From Octopus sinensis (lineage: Eukaryota), in the NCBI RefSeq assembly GCF_006345805.1, contig NC_043015.1, positions 23,684,001-23,748,000 of the forward strand: DNA of 64,000 nt, given 5' to 3'. This document shows, piece by piece, positions 29,332 through 40,870 of this stretch (positions are counted from its first letter, which is position 1; each line of letters opens with the position of its first letter). Below the pieces are notes generated by a model. The model did not search any database. It was not told the origin of the DNA and saw nothing but the letters and a program-made list of their open reading frames with translations. A program made the position numbers and the translations under genes.

Positions 29332-31135
29332 TGCGCGAGGTGAGGAGTGGATGAATAGCCGACATCAGAAGGTGGGGGTCATTCATTGTGTTGTTTGTCC
29401 TGTATCCCATTTTTTCTCACGTTGATTGCGTATTTAACTCGTTTGGTTTCGTGCTTCCACTCATTTTCTCTTCCTGCTTTCATTTCGACCTATCTCCTCA
29501 TTCTAAACATTCACATCTTCCCACCCCATCTATCCACAAATACTACCAATACATTCTCAAATGTTCATGCACAACACAATACCCTTTCAAATTAGCAGCA
29601 CAAAATCCATGGCTCCATATTTGAAATGACTAAACATGAACTAATATTGGAACTTACAAAGTACAGGAAACTTTTTTACTACCTCTATAAATCACTTTTC
29701 TCGAATAATACTTAAGTATATATGTATAAACCCCAAACCCTTATATAGGGTTTGGGGTTTAGTCCCATTAAGTGGCAAAATAGAAAAGACTCTTCTTCCA
29801 CAGCCCCGAACCAACCAATGGAATGTGAGTGAATATGGCATACGAAAACTGTGTGGAATCCCACCGTATATATATATATATATATATACATAGATCGAGA
29901 AATAGGTAAATATATATATATGTGTTTGTGTGTGTGTGCGTCTTTCCATCCCACACTGCTTTATGACCGAAATCAGTTTGTTTACATCCCAATCGCATCG
30001 TTAAAACTGTCTGATAGAATGTGCATATACACGTTTTAAAAATGAGTACTGAGATCTATTTGCTAAACTAAAACCCTTCGATTCGGTGCCCCAGCAAGTA
30101 GTAAACGATGAGAAAATATTTTCATCGTGAAATGATCTGGGTTTTGTTCTTAGTTAAATTAAGTTAACACGAATAAATTCGTTATAGTTGTTAGGTTAGT
30201 ATGACTGTAAGCCTTTATAGATTTAAAAAGTCGGAAGAATTTTGAACTTTCAATAACAAGAAGCGATTTAAACATGATTTCCTCGGTTGATTTTTTTTTT
30301 GTTTTTGTTTAGTGGGTGCATAGAAGGGAATGAGAGTAACTGAGAAGTTTGTACAAAATCTGGTAAAGGATGAATATCTCGTAATTTAAAATGGATAAGA
30401 TTTTCAAGAAGTTTTACTTAGATAGGTTTTTGATGGAATAAACTACGATTCTGTTAATAAAATTCAGAAAAATAATCATATATATTTGTTGGAAAGATAC
30501 TAAAAATGTATTTACTTTGCTTTGTTTAATTTTATTTTAAGATGATGCATTTAAGATGATGCATTTATTTTTACTTATGAAATATAGTATTCTTCTCACC
30601 ATTTCTATTTAGATGCACAAAATTTGATAAAATATAAATACTAATTATTGTATGTTATTGTCATATGACGGGTAACCCTCAAGAAGTATAATACTGTGAA
30701 ATATAATTTTCTGTGTTCCTGTTTGAATAACCTGTGCACACTCATGTCTTTTCTGTTCACCGAGATCAGCAACACTTTGATTCACAGGAACGTACGATAA
30801 ATGGCCTTTTCTCTTTCACTTTTTACTTCGTTCATTCATTGGACTACGGCCAATCCAGGGCAACATATTCAAGGGTTTAGTCGGATAAATTGCCCCAAAT
30901 GCTTAATTTTATATACGGTACTTACTTTATAGGACTCTTTTGCCGAAACTTAAATGTATGTGTACGTGTACAAACACCAATTGTCAAGCTGTGCGTAGAA
31001 CAAGGACACACACAGACACACGCATATATACATACGCACACACAAACACACACACACAAACACGAACAAACACAAACACATACAAACACAGACACACACA
31101 AACACTCCCTCTCACACTCACAAACATATATACAT

Positions 31136-31191
31136 CTATACAGGTCAGGTTTCACTTTGCTAAAAGCAGTCACAAAGCATATCTTCAGTAG
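31136..31191 (-). ncRNA. Hammerhead ribozyme-like motif (minimal type I)
   Basis: Minus strand CTA-CTGAAGA-TATG-CTTTG..CAAAG-T-GAAA-C-CTGACCT-GTA-TAG. All core nucleotides present, 3-bp helix I, 5-bp helix II. Confidence 0.55.
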
Positions 31192-31249
31192 GAACTCGAC
31201 TACAATACAATACAGAGAAGAGTGTGATGAAATATTCTTTTCTAGTCTA

Positions 31250-31635
31250 GGTACAAGGCATGAAATTTTTTCGTGGGGGGAGGCTAATTGATTAAATCGA
31301 CTCCAGTATGCAACTGGTACTTAATTTACCCACTCCGAAAGGATGAAATGCAAAGTCGACCCCGGCGGAATTCGAACTCAGAACATAAAGACAGGTGAAA
31401 TACCTATTTCTATACTACCCACAAGGGGATAAACACAGGGACGACAAACAAGGACAGACAAACGGATTAAGTCGATTATATCGACCCCAGTGCGTAACTG
31501 GTACTTATTTAATCGACCCCGAAAGCATGAAAGGCAAAGTCGACCTCAGCGGAATTTGAACTCAGAACGTAACGGCAGACGAGATACCGCTAAGTATTTC
31601 GCCTGGCGTGCTAAAGACTCTGCCCACTCGCCACC
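31250..31635 (-). mobile_element. tRNA-related SINE, family A, with partial tandem duplication of its core
   Basis: Full head at 31635-31500, plus a repeated GTCGACC..GGCGGAATT.GAACTCAGAAC block at ~31290-31400. Confidence 0.85.
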
Positions 31636-32347
31636 TTAGTGTGACGCAATATTACAAAGCATTTCCGTTCACTTTATTGTCCATTTCTAACTTCAAACTT
31701 CGTTAACTTAATATATTTGTGAACACTTTTGCGATTTCCATCTACTTTTTCGTCTCCATCATGATTGAATTTCTTCCGTGGCTCTATTTTCGCTATGTGC
31801 TTGCTTCTTTTGCTTGTGTAGCCAACGATGTGTTTACCACGATATCATATTCAAACTACTTCCTCGAAGTAAACCTTTGCTTGATTTCGTTTACACCTAT
31901 GTACTTACTATGGAACTTTTCCCCAAATACTAACTATGAGATTATCAAACTATCACCTTCTAAACCATTTTTTTTATCATCGGTGATTGCCATCAGAAGC
32001 ATATTTAGGACAAGAAATGGTACGGAGAAACAGAAAAAGTTACAAACTGCTAAAAGTATTAAACAACAGAATGTGAAAACGTAAAAATACAATGACTCTT
32101 ACAAAAAGAATGTATAGAAATTGGCTAAATTCTCTAGGATGAAATCTCAGATGGCTCTACATGTGCACTAAATATTGTGTATAAAATATCAGTCAATCCA
32201 TCAGCGTATCGATTTTCTGTCCGTATTTCTGCAGACATTAATCGGATTGCTTGCTGGAGGCTTAGATCTTTGTCTACATAAATTACTACAAAGAGCTAAA
32301 TATACGTACATACAAACATGTGTGCACGTTTATATATAGATATGCGC

Positions 32348-32388
<41 letters not shown>

Positions 32389-32765
32389 TACGTGTGTGTG
32401 TATACACAGATGTATGTGCATATATTAATTTATAGAGAGAGAGAGATTATGTTGTATGATATGTTTAAGTGTGGCACAGCAAAAACATGCATAGTTTAAG
32501 CATAAAAGTGCATTCCAACAAATTGTATTACAGCCAGAAGAATACCTAATTATGGAAATGTTTACCCTCACAATCTACTAATACAACTCACTGATCTATT
32601 TGGTAGGTGTCTTCTGTTAGCTGTAAACGACTTATCTACTTTTTTCGTCTTACATGAATTTGAATGTAAACCTGAGACGTGCATCTACAGTATTAATTGA
32701 ATGATTACATACAGAGGTATATATGAACACACATACCTATATGTATGATTTATGCATGTATTTAG

Positions 32766-32817
<52 letters not shown>

Positions 32818-34169
32818 GCGTGTTTGTCTGCGTGCATGTGTATGTATCTACATATGCAAGAAGATGAGATATAAGTCCAGTAATGCTTTATGAGATAAGG
32901 TAACATAGAGTTTGGGAAATTAAATACAATACTTTTTCGAACATTCGGGTAATAGAACATACCCTGCATTCAGAGTGTTCGAAGCTGAACTGATATTGAT
33001 CATTAGATTGACTACAGTATCTTAAATGCCGATTCTGTCGACTTGAGCACCTGGCTGACCTTTGAATTTCATGAACCAAAAGAATAAAAATAAATCCTGG
33101 TTCACTGGTATTTGAAATCAGGGACGTAAGTAAATAGCGTGAGAAACTCTGCCCTACAGCCTATCGATTCTGCAAAACTAACATCCTATCAAAGTGGCGG
33201 TTTTGTCAATCGGAATACGAATGATTCGTATTAAAGACACAACGGATGATATTGGTAAGGAAAATCTTGGTGTTATTTTCTCGCATTTGATATAAAGAAA
33301 CTACGCCAAAAGACTCCAATAAAGCATTTCATTATGACTTGCAATCCTACCGTTTCTATATCGCCCTTGTTGGTTTCCGGGATCGATAACAGCTTTCTTT
33401 CCTGAAAATGTACCACACTATACTTTTATGGGTGTAGACGTTGTTATATGGTTTAGAAGTTATCTCAACAAATGTATAAATTCGTTTTAAATTCTACCTT
33501 CATCAAATATTGATATTGACCAAAAGATTATAGGTAAGAAATTAGCTACAATAGGCTCATGGAGACTTATTGGAAGCAAGGGTCTTGTTCTGGTGTGGTA
33601 AACGTAATACACTACTCGATTAACACCATTTCCAGAGTCTTGTTTTCCCAAGAATATTGAGTCCGTTAAAATTTGAGAATAACTACCTTCATTCTTCTGA
33701 CTTCAAATCTCAGAGGTTTCTTAGGGCGGTGCTGGTTCAGCACTGCTCATTTCGCTCTGGGAATGTCATGCTAATGACATTAACAGTTGTTAGTGAATCT
33801 TTATTAGGCGTCAAGCGGAAAGCAAAATTAGGTGCGAGGAGCGTATACATGGAAGTCCCGTCCACCAAAACATGTTTGGAGGACAATCAATAACTGATAT
33901 TCTGTAATAATTATTTAATAAAACAGATCTAATTATAAAAATCTCATGCTGCCATGGTCGATAACATGAAGTACAATTTATGTGCGTAGCAGGAGTGGCG
34001 GTGTGGTAAGTAGCTTGCTAACCAACCACATGGTTCCGGGTTCAGTCCCACTGCGTGGCACCTTGGGCAAGTGCCTTCTGCTATAGTCCCGGGCCGACCA
34101 ATGCCTTGTGAGTGGATTTGGTAGACGGAAACTGAAAGAAGCCCATCGTATATATGTATATATATATAT

Positions 34170-35159
34170 ATATAATTATCAATAATAATATAGGGTGAAA
34201 TTAATTAATTTGGAATAATCATTAATTTCACCAAGTAGATTTCGGCATGTAAAAGCCCCATTCAAGGAAGGTTTAAGTAATACTAATGGTTGAGACGCAA
34301 TTATTTATAATTGAAGAGTCCTACGCTGAGGAGAAAAATAGTCGGGTAAGACATAATTATTTAATTTTTATGCTTTCCTATGACTTAATTTCGAAACGTA
34401 CGTCCGTAGGTGACTTAATATAGAATGATTGTCGTCATTTCTTTCTCTTTGCCTGCGTTGTTTGCCTTTTAAGTGCTGTGGTTTTACTGGGATCTCCCTT
34501 TTAAGTAGAAAGAATAACCATAACTCTTTGACTGCTATTTCTAAATTCGGTGCGTTGTGAGGCGAATCGTTGCTAAACCCTTAATTACCTTAGTATTACT
34601 TAAACCTTCCTTGAATGGGGCTTTTACATGCCGAAATCTACTTGGTGAAATTAATGATTATTCCAAATTAATTAATTTCACCCTATATTATTATTGATAA
34701 TTATATTTCATCCCAGTAAATAACCGCAACATCTTATTCTGGCAGCACGCTGGTGGGAGGAGGATGGTGACACATACTTTCATTCACCCTTTGAATTTGG
34801 TGGTACTGGTAATGGCTTACGCTCGCTCTGATACCATGAGTTGAGGTGATGTCTTCTAGTGCCTCCAAATTTAATACACAATTATTAATGATTGAGACGC
34901 AATTATTTATGAGGAGAAAAATAGTCGGGTAAGACATAATTATTTAATTTTTATGCTTTCCTATGACTTAATTTCGAAACGTACGTCCGTAGGTGACTTA
35001 ATATAGAATGATTGTCGTCATTTCTTTCTCTTTTGCCTGCGTTGTTTGCTTTTTAAGTGCTGTGGTTTTACTGGGATCTCTCTTTTAAGTAGAAAGAATA
35101 GCCATAACTCTTTGACTGCTATTTCTAAATTCGGTGTGTGGTGAGGCAAATCGCTGCTA
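34170..35159 (+). mobile_element. Non-autonomous Penelope-like block: perfect 117-bp inverted repeats around pLTR-like unit U1, spacer, second unit U2
   Basis: 34170-34286 is the exact reverse complement of 34590-34706. U1 (34291-34575) is directly repeated as U2 (34892-35159). Hammerhead in U1. Confidence 0.7.
34317..34415 (+). ncRNA. Type I hammerhead ribozyme, apparently intact
   Basis: Helix I CCTACG/CGTAGG (extendable with AGTC/GACT), core CTGAGGA (34326-32), long helix II closed by G-C, GAAA (34393-96), palindromic AC-GTAC-GT helix III, GTC site (cut after 34404). Confidence 0.8.
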
Positions 35160-35449
35160 TATATATATATGTGTGTGTTTGTGTGTGTGTGTTTGTCCCC
35201 CAGCATTGCTTGACAACCGATGCTGGTGTGTTTACGTCCCCGTCACTTAGTGGTTCGGCAAAAGAGACCGATAGAATAAGTACTGGGCTTACAAAGAATA
35301 AGTGCCGGGGTCGATTTGTTCGACTAAAGGCGGTGCTCCAGCATGGCCGCAGTCAAATGACTGAAACAAGTAAAAGAGTAAAAGAGAGAGCTCAATATGA
35401 ACACCTATCTCTCACCTGGTCATATAGTTTGAAACAGAAATTCTTTCTT

Positions 35450-35730
35450 TTTTGTTCATTAGAACGTTATCCGTTTTCTAATGACTGATCTGATAGTCAC
35501 ACTGAACCGTTGCATCCCACAAAATTTTGCTGTCTTCATTCTCAGCTAGTCCTAGAAATTGGTCATACAATGTCTTTACTCTTTGTAGGCCGTAATATTC
35601 CAACGGATCATTCTTTCCGAAATTGCTGGCCTTGTGCGAAAATGTGAAATAAATATTTTCCTTGTGTATGTATCCATGCTCATTCTTTCTTCCCTCTTGC
35701 CAGTTTATGACTCCAGCAACATACTAAAAT
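35450..35730 (-). mobile_element. Decayed R4/Dong-like RLE non-LTR retrotransposon fragment
   Basis: Minus translation HILVCC..HKLA...GKYLFH and AENEDSKILWDATVQCDYQISH*KTD resembles HI.SGC..LA...GKYIHW / ENE..KILWDF.IQ.DH.I..RRPD. Confidence 0.55.
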
Positions 35731-35802
35731 GATGCTGCCGCCCATGAACTTGAAGCTTGAATTTCACTCCATGAAGTGCAATTTGCGCGAAGCACCTGGT
35801 AC

Positions 35803-35912
35803 TATCATCATCATCGTCGTCATCGTCATCGTCATCACCAGCACCACCACCACCACCACAACACCACCACTACCACCACCACCACCACCACCAGCACCAC
35901 CGCCGCCACCAC

Positions 35913-35951
<39 letters not shown>

Positions 35952-35985
35952 TATCATCCTCATCCTCATCATCATCATCATCATC
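35803..35985. repeat. Compound trinucleotide microsatellite (ATC/GTC/ACC)n
   Basis: Read directly. It explains the poly-S/P/T/H/D ORFs here. Confidence 0.95.
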
Positions 35986-36534
35986 ATTCTCTTTTCTACC
36001 AGGCACTTCAAGTTTTTCGTAATTTCAGGAGCTTCCATGATTTCAGTCTCCTACACGCTATATATTCTGCTTGACTTCTGTTTTAGCTTTCACTAAAATC
36101 AATTCAATTTATACATTTTTATGAACCTTCACAAACACTATTCATCTCATTCTGCACTGAAAAATCAACATACTCATCCGATAGTTATTTTCGATAACAG
36201 TTTCTTGTTGATCATAATCTGCCTTTACTTTAAATTTAAATTTCCTGAGCATTAACACATTAAATTATGTTGCCTATTCTCAAATGTCCATAAACTGTTT
36301 ATTACTTTTCTTACGCAAGATGATTGGCCCTGCGCTTAATACCTTACAATTGTAGTCGTTATTGCTTTTAAGAATTTTAATAAAATGTTTCTCTGTTTCT
36401 TTATTTCTTACCTCACCCTATTTCAACCATTCTACGTGGTTTGTTATCTTAAAAGTAGATATCTGAAGGCTTCAAATGTTTCTCTTTGTTTTGTCTTGTT
36501 GTTACTCTAACTTACATTTTCATTCTTCTCACAG

Positions 36535-36637
36535 CATATGTTTTCGCCGTTGATATAGTTGGCGGTAACATAGACCTTACATTTCCTAATATACCGCTCT
36601 TTTTTCTATAACTGCCAAGGGCATTGTATCTGCAAGA
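36535..36637 (+). CDS. Candidate exon with strong splice signals but an in-frame stop after a T6 homopolymer
   Basis: Long pyrimidine tract + CACAG acceptor, AGA|GTGAGT donor. Reads YVFAVDIVGGNIDLTFPNIPLFF, then stop unless one T is added. Confidence 0.3.
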
Positions 36638-37202
36638 GTGAGTACTTGTCGTTTCGCTATAAACAGTCTGTCACAACTGATTAACGATTGTAGCTTCATT
36701 AGGCAGTGCTAACGCCTGTCGCGTGTGTTTATCCCTTTCATCAACAATGTTATGCTTTTCCTTTGTCCATCGAAGGAATACTGAAGAAAATAAATCAATA
36801 TTGATATTTACGAGTCCCGATGGTGTCGAATACTATCTGAACTGTAGTAGAATTAGCAACCAAACTTAGAGTCTCACCTAACTCTCTTAAAGAACACGTT
36901 GGACATTGTAGTCACCGAGATTTACAAAAGGATGGTGAGATGATCTAAGTTATAACTCATTTGCAAATTACTGTGCAGAATTAGGTTAGTTTGAAGCTAA
37001 ACAACAATGTGTACTTATAAATGACAGATAATGAGGGAATCTATGTACGTCACGATGTGAGAATATTAACTAAAGAACCCTTATGTTGCACTTAATGGTT
37101 ATGATTATTTCCCTCGATATTCTTCCTTCTAAATATGTCAGGTGACGAGAAAAACAATATCATCTATATAAGCATCATTTCATGAAAGATACAAGTAACT
37201 GT

Positions 37203-37957
37203 TGTAGTGAAAATGGTACTCCGCTTCACACGTGACAAAGTGGTATGAGTGGTCAGTAGTAGTAGGATCGTTGGACGAGCTCTCATTTGACGTCAGTGTC
37301 AGTCACGTGATATACATGAGTTCGAGCTGCCGTCGAGTTACACGTTTCAATGTCATTGTCTTACGGAGCTGTCAGCGATAGCACAAAAGACGAGTCAAAG
37401 ATAATAAGACGCTGTATAGCGCCACAACATATTACTGGCGACATGAATATTAGTGCCGACAACAGCATACAAGTGCACGAGGATCCACATTATAATAGTG
37501 GCGACGAGGATATAAACAATTCACACGGACAACGTTGAAAGCGTTTTCACATGGACAAATTTCAGAATTCGACAGAAGTGTAAGAAACATTTTTGTTGTA
37601 TATATTTTACGAAAAATCCGTAAAGTTATGGTGAATGAAGTAAAATAAAATTACTTGCTCACCCCTGCTAGAAAAAATAAAATGGGAGATGTAGTGAAAA
37701 TGGTACTCCCCTTTCCCACGTGACAAAGTAGTAAAATCGGACAGTTAGTCGTTGTAGGGGGTCATTAGTTGTAGCGTCGTAGTAGGAGTTATCAGGTGGA
37801 GTCAGTGTCAGTTACGAGATATATACGAGTTCGAGTTACCGTCAAGGTAAACGTTTTAAGTCATTGTCTTGCAGAACTTATCAGCAATAGCACGATAGAC
37901 GAATCGAGGATAATAAGACGCGGAATACCGCCACAACATAATAGTGGCAACGAGAAT
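37203..37957 (+). mobile_element. Tandem short LTR-like repeats with PBS and PPT (TRIM-like relic)
   Basis: TGTAGTG...CCACAACA at 37203-37429 and 37690-37938. TGGCGAC-type PBS motifs at 37436, 37499 and 37945. Purine tract AGAAAAAATAAAATGGGAGA at 37670-37689. Confidence 0.55.
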
Positions 37958-38521
37958 GTTACAGTTCCGACAATGACATACAATTGGACGAGGATCCCAC
38001 CTTATAGCAATAATATCAGACAAAACCAACACCACGATTGCACAAATATGCCAGACATATCAATTCAACGAGGATGTCACTGAGCCGTCTATCGAACTGG
38101 TAGAAATAGTAGTTAAATCTCTCTTAGATCACAACGTACATCTACATAAAATTGAATAAAATTATGAAATAAATTAACGCATGATATTCGAGTAGACTCA
38201 CGTATGGAATACTTACTGATCGAAACATTCACAGCTGATTTCGCACTAAACAATAGAAATAACAACATCAGGGACAATAGAAAAGATACATTTCAGAATA
38301 ATGACTCACATGCTGAAACGTAGCTAGTAAATAAAACCCCCTTCGTCATTATGTGTACGGGCCTCCGCAAAGATCAGCAAAAATACGTAATTACAAGTGT
38401 CTAAACAACAAGCTAAGTGCATGCCTATATTTATATATGTGTGCGTGTGTGTGTGTGTGTGCGAGTGTCAGTGTGCGTATATGTGAGCATGTGTCAGCGT
38501 AAAAATATATTTTATTTGTTA

Positions 38522-38920
38522 CTAGCAGTATCGCTCGCGTTGCTCGGGTTTGTAAGGGAAATAACTATATAAGCATTTTTAGAGATGTAAAGTATAATAG
38601 CCATCTCAATATGGCTAAACACAAAGGGGGGGGGGGTGTTACTGTAGCTTTTTACGTTCTGAGATTTAATAATAAATTTTTTGAGAGTTACTTCCCTTAT
38701 ATATGCCAAAAATGCATTAAAAATGGAAAAAATTGATGGTAATTTTTTTTTGAAATCGTAGACTCATCGTAGACGCGCGCTAATACCCAGAAGGGCTCGA
38801 TATAAATCACGACTACAAGATACCCGGTTTTGGTTAAACTGCACCGCAAAATGTGGGAGTAGTTAGGAATGTAAATCGTAGGAGACAGACAACACACAAC
38901 CTTACTTTTATATATAAAGA
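38522..38920 (-). mobile_element. Non-autonomous Helitron
   Basis: Minus strand A|TCTTTATATATAAAAG...CCCGAGCAACGCGAGCG hairpin...CTAG|T: TC start, CTAG end, A|T insertion, no TSD. Confidence 0.75.
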
Positions 38921-38994
38921 TTTATGTTTTGGTTTATGTCTATCATTGTTTGAATTGCATGATAGTGGTTTCATCTCTAATTTATATATATATA

Positions 38995-39034
<40 letters not shown>

Positions 39035-39045
39035 AGGGAGATAGA

Positions 39046-39471
39046 GGATCTTTTCGGTTTCAACGGCAGTTTTTAACATGATTTCTAGGTAACTAGAAAA
39101 TTTTAAACTTAGTATACTGGTAGAATGTGTTTATAAAACACATTTTTCTCTTGGCTTTATTGAGAAAATTCTATAGCTTCTAAGATAATTGTTGTTTTTT
39201 TCTTCAATTTCTGCAATTTCAACCAATCACTGACGTCCATTGAGGTAAACAACATTCTGTGCCGTATGAATATGTCCCTCGTCTAAGAAACAGATTGGGT
39301 TTATTTACATTTCTGAAGAAAAAAAGATACCCTTCCCCCCATCTCTAACCCTAACTAACCCTAACCCTAAAATAGATTGAAATGCAATAGATCGATACTA
39401 GGGTCATAATTATGGGCGACAATTTCATATGACACCGCTAGGAAAAACTGCCGTTCAAACCGAAAAGATCC
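39046..39471. mobile_element. MITE with 29-bp TIRs and 8-bp TSD (Merlin- or hAT-like)
   Basis: GGATCTTTTCGGTTTCAACGGCAGTTTTT / AAAAACTGCCGTTCAAACCGAAAAGATCC (one mismatch). GAGATAGA at 39038-45 and 39472-79. Confidence 0.85.
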
Positions 39472-39472
39472 G

Positions 39473-39550
<78 letters not shown>

Positions 39551-40352
39551 AGAAACAGAGACATGTATATATTCATACACATACGCACATATAACTCCCC
39601 CTCTCTCTCTCTCTCTCTCTCCCTCCCTCTCTGAGCGTGTGCGACATGGTTTTCTGTAATGTTTCAACCTACGAAATAAATTACGATGGTCCCGGTTGTA
39701 ATGTACTATGTCGCAAACCTGTCAATTCGATGAACCCGAAAGAAACGCTCATAGATGACTGTAACAAATGGAGGAAAATATAATTATGTATCGTCTGAAA
39801 AGCAATCAGCCGATAGAATTTCAGTCGACGTAAGAAGTGGAAGGATTCAAAGACAAAATATTCAGTAGAAGATTATTGCGAAGCACGTTTGAACTCTCGC
39901 CATCCTCGCTTTAAACTACTCTCTATATTATAATTCTGAAATGCAAAAAGTTTATTTGTCTGGTTTTGGCAATGTTAAAAGGTGTGGTTACTAGGGCAAA
40001 AAATGCACACTTTGACAAGTCTTCTCTCATTCTCTTATCAGCTTATCTTCCTCTGTCTCTCTCTCTTTCCTCCCTTCCTTCCACGTTCTATCTATAACGT
40101 CGTTTGACAGCGTCTACTATCTTTCCCCCAACGCCTTCGCCAGCGCCGTCATTCTCTCTCTCTCTCTACGTCTGTCTGCATTCATAGAGAGAATTATCAT
40201 CGCCACCACGACCACACAATCATGAGAACAAATATTATGAATCAGATATTTATTGGGATAATTTATATATGTGTGTGAGTTCTATATATAAATATGCATA
40301 TATAATGTATATATATATAAAGTGTATATATCTGTATTTTTATTTATATATA

Positions 40353-40394
<42 letters not shown>

Positions 40395-40402
40395 TTATAT
40401 AT

Positions 40403-40447
<45 letters not shown>

Positions 40448-40569
40448 ATGTGTGCATTATGTTTTAAAAGTGCTGGCGAGTTTGCATGGCAACTATTTTT
40501 TCCTCAAATGAAAGGCGTAACCTCTAGGACAAAATTCCTAATCTTATAAAATGTGGCCCGAGTAGACCC

Positions 40570-40870
40570 GAATGAAATCGGGTTATATTAACCAAAATGT
40601 GAAAAGAGGTCTAAATGGGGCTGGAAGGGGATCTTTAGGAGTTCTCTGTTACATCAAGCTAAAAAATTTGCGTCAGCCTTTAAATCGTCAATGTGTTGCT
40701 GTCCATGAGGAAGAAGTTTTGAATGCTTGCCATGGTGAGACTGTCGTGAGAAAGAATCACTTCAAAACTTGGTGTTTAGGAATTTTCTTTTACATCAAGT
40801 TCAAAATTTTACGCCAGCCGTTAAATTGCCACTACGTTGCTGTCCGTCGTTAAGAAATGGCAGCCATGGT
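40570..40870 (+). mobile_element. Tandemly duplicated (~142-bp period) relic, possibly a mariner transposase N-terminus
   Basis: Direct repeat 40634-40710 / 40776-40851. Translation LKNLRQPLNRQCVAVHEEEVLN..VVRK loosely resembles the mariner HTH (..EIHRQ..AVYGE.VM). Confidence 0.35.

Larger units (their letters stand above)
33985..35390 (+). mobile_element. Family B SINE (head 33985-34169, tail 35160-35390) split by an inserted ~990-bp PLE-like block
   Basis: Head GCGTAGCAGGAGTGGCGGTGTGGTAAG...GGTTCAGTCCCAC and tail TTTGTCCCC...GGCGGTGCTCCAGCATGGCC...GACTGAAACAAGTAAAAGA. The insert lies in the internal (TA)n. Confidence 0.8.

Noticed and set aside
33985-34060. tRNA-like sequences at SINE heads
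   Set aside because: They have A/B-box-like motifs but no complete cloverleaf and continue into SINE bodies, so they are not tRNA genes.
34608-34650. GGC-loop-GCC-GAAA in the 117-bp arms as a second hammerhead
   Set aside because: The core reads TTGAATG and there is no helix III or cleavage triplet.
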